Source of the DNA: Ktedonobacterales bacterium
GTDB taxonomy: Bacteria; Chloroflexota; Ktedonobacteria; Ktedonobacterales; JADMIN01
DNA: 64,000 bases
Assembly (NCBI GenBank): GCA_036378295.1
Contig: DASUWS010000203.1
Span: forward strand, 27,217 to 91,216
Reading direction: 5' to 3'
A program made the translations under genes and the position numbers. Position 1 is the first letter of the stretch. Each line of letters starts with the position of its first letter. This document shows, in pieces, positions 63,074 to 64,000 of this stretch. The notes under the pieces were generated by a model. The model ran no database searches. It was not told the origin of the DNA and saw only the letters and a program-made list of their open reading frames with translations.

Positions 63074-64000
63074 TCAGGCGCCCGTGGGCACAGTCATCTC
63101 TCCCGATGCCTCAGGTGTGGACATACTGAGGGCCACATCGCGCCGGTTGAGCGCCCGCACCGTCGGCAGCGCAAGCACAAGCACGCTCAAAGCGACGATA
63201 ACACCGCCACCGATCCAGAGCCCGGCCCGCGTGCCGAAAGAGTCACCCAGAACGCCAGCAAGCATCAGCCCCAATGGGTTCATAGCCATGGCAATCAGCG
63301 AGAGCACACTGAAGACCCGACCGCGCATCTCAGCTGGTATAACATGCTGAAGCAGCGACATGAACACCACCTCTGGCACGATGAAAGAAAGCCCGAGCAC
63401 GAGATAACTGACGTCGAGCAGGAGAGCGGTTTCCGCCAGTCCCATCGCGATGATCGCCGCGCCGAACACCATGATGCTAATACAGATGACTTGCGCGCGC
63501 CGACGCACACGACCCGCCAGAAGGCCGGTGGCGAGCGCCCCCAGGAGCGTACCCACACCCATAGCTGAGGCTAACAAGCCAAACGCGATCGCGGGCAGGT
63601 CAAGCTCTTCACGTACCAGGCGTGGTACGAGTACAGCCTCGACGTTGTTCAGCCCATTCGTGAGTGAGAAGAAGACGATGAGGCTGAGAATGCCAACCTC
63701 GCCCTTGAGAAAGCGTATACCAGCGAAGATTTCCTGCCAGTGCCGGCGAGCATTGCCTCCTTGCGTCAATTTCTGGTCTTGCTCTGGAAGCTGAAATGCG
63801 CCGCGGCGCGTGAGCAACAGTGTGAGAAAGGCAATGACGAAGGTCAGCGCGTCGACGGCGAGCGCGACACCGACATTCCACTGGGCAATCAGGTATCCGC
63901 CCAGAGCGGGGCCGCCCAGCAATGCCACCTGCAAGACAATCTGCTGCAAGCTATTCGCGGCATCATACTGTTCCGGGCTGACCAGAGACGGATACAGGGC
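63074..64000 (-). CDS. MFS transporter (EntS/MFS_3-like), 5' end beyond the window
   Basis: The reading frame stays open to the window edge (…ALYPSLVSPEQYDAANSLQQIV…). Multiple TM segments are present. The stop codon is at 63074-63076. Confidence 0.7.
   Translation of the reverse strand, partial: ALYPSLVSPEQYDAANSLQQIVLQVALLGGPALGGYLIAQWNVGVALAVDALTFVIAFLTLLLTRRGAFQLPEQDQKLTQGGNARRHWQEIFAGIRFLKGEVGILSLIVFFSLTNGLNNVEAVLVPRLVREELDLPAIAFGLLASAMGVGTLLGALATGLLAGRVRRRAQVICISIMVFGAAIIAMGLAETALLLDVSYLVLGLSFIVPEVVFMSLLQHVIPAEMRGRVFSVLSLIAMAMNPLGLMLAGVLGDSFGTRAGLWIGGGVIVALSVLVLALPTVRALNRRDVALSMSTPEASGEMTVPTGA

Noticed and set aside
1-64000. tRNA, rRNA, tmRNA, RNase P, SRP RNA, transposases, integrases, prophage or toxin-antitoxin pairs
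   Set aside because: All spacers longer than about 150 bp were scanned by eye. No GTTCGAATC-type T-arm, rRNA-like or RNase P (GAGGAAAGTCC) signatures were found, and no mobile-element proteins appear among the ORF translations. A computational scan with tRNAscan-SE, Infernal and ISfinder would be needed to be certain.

Overview
Visibly GC-rich, gene-dense chromosomal segment. I support 59 protein genes on both strands, mostly preceded by strong GGAGG-type ribosome-binding sites. By eye I found no rRNA, tRNA, CRISPR array, transposase, integrase or phage genes. The protein repertoire suggests a high-GC Chloroflexota (Ktedonobacteria-like) or actinobacterium-like organism: FHA and PP2C signalling proteins, SHOCT proteins, LysM-M23 peptidase, WYL regulator, many Pro/Ala-rich linkers. 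That taxonomic call is only a guess.

Most of the window is housekeeping:
- modAB
- a Cys/Met PLP enzyme
- dprA, queF, pyrF-pyrE-pyrD, murE-pgeF, secG
- the pdhABC pyruvate dehydrogenase operon
- ltaE
- an S41 protease and a family-5 substrate-binding protein

The loci I consider most worth a second look:
1. 58.2-61.7 kb: a WYL regulator transcribed divergently from an epoxide hydrolase plus an AlkZ/YcaQ-type DNA glycosylase. This is a candidate genotoxin-defence module. A ClbS-like/rhodanese fusion lies 4 kb upstream.
2. 42.4-46.0 kb: a two-component system followed by SHOCT, a Met/Gly-rich cupredoxin and a second SHOCT. The same Met/Gly-rich motif occurs in the kinase sensor loop, and 11-bp-phased CTTGATCT repeats sit in the internal promoter region.
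3. 48.5-52.8 kb: a transmembrane PP2C phosphatase whose ectodomain looks like a catalytically dead trypsin-like fold. A P/Q-rich orphan protein lies downstream.
4. Short (9-12 bp) perfect tandem duplications recur in many 5' leaders and spacers.

All calls come from reading the ORF translations and the DNA by eye. No searches were run. Start codons were chosen by RBS and family N-termini and may be off. Many long ORFs antisense to recognised genes were treated as GC-driven artefacts.
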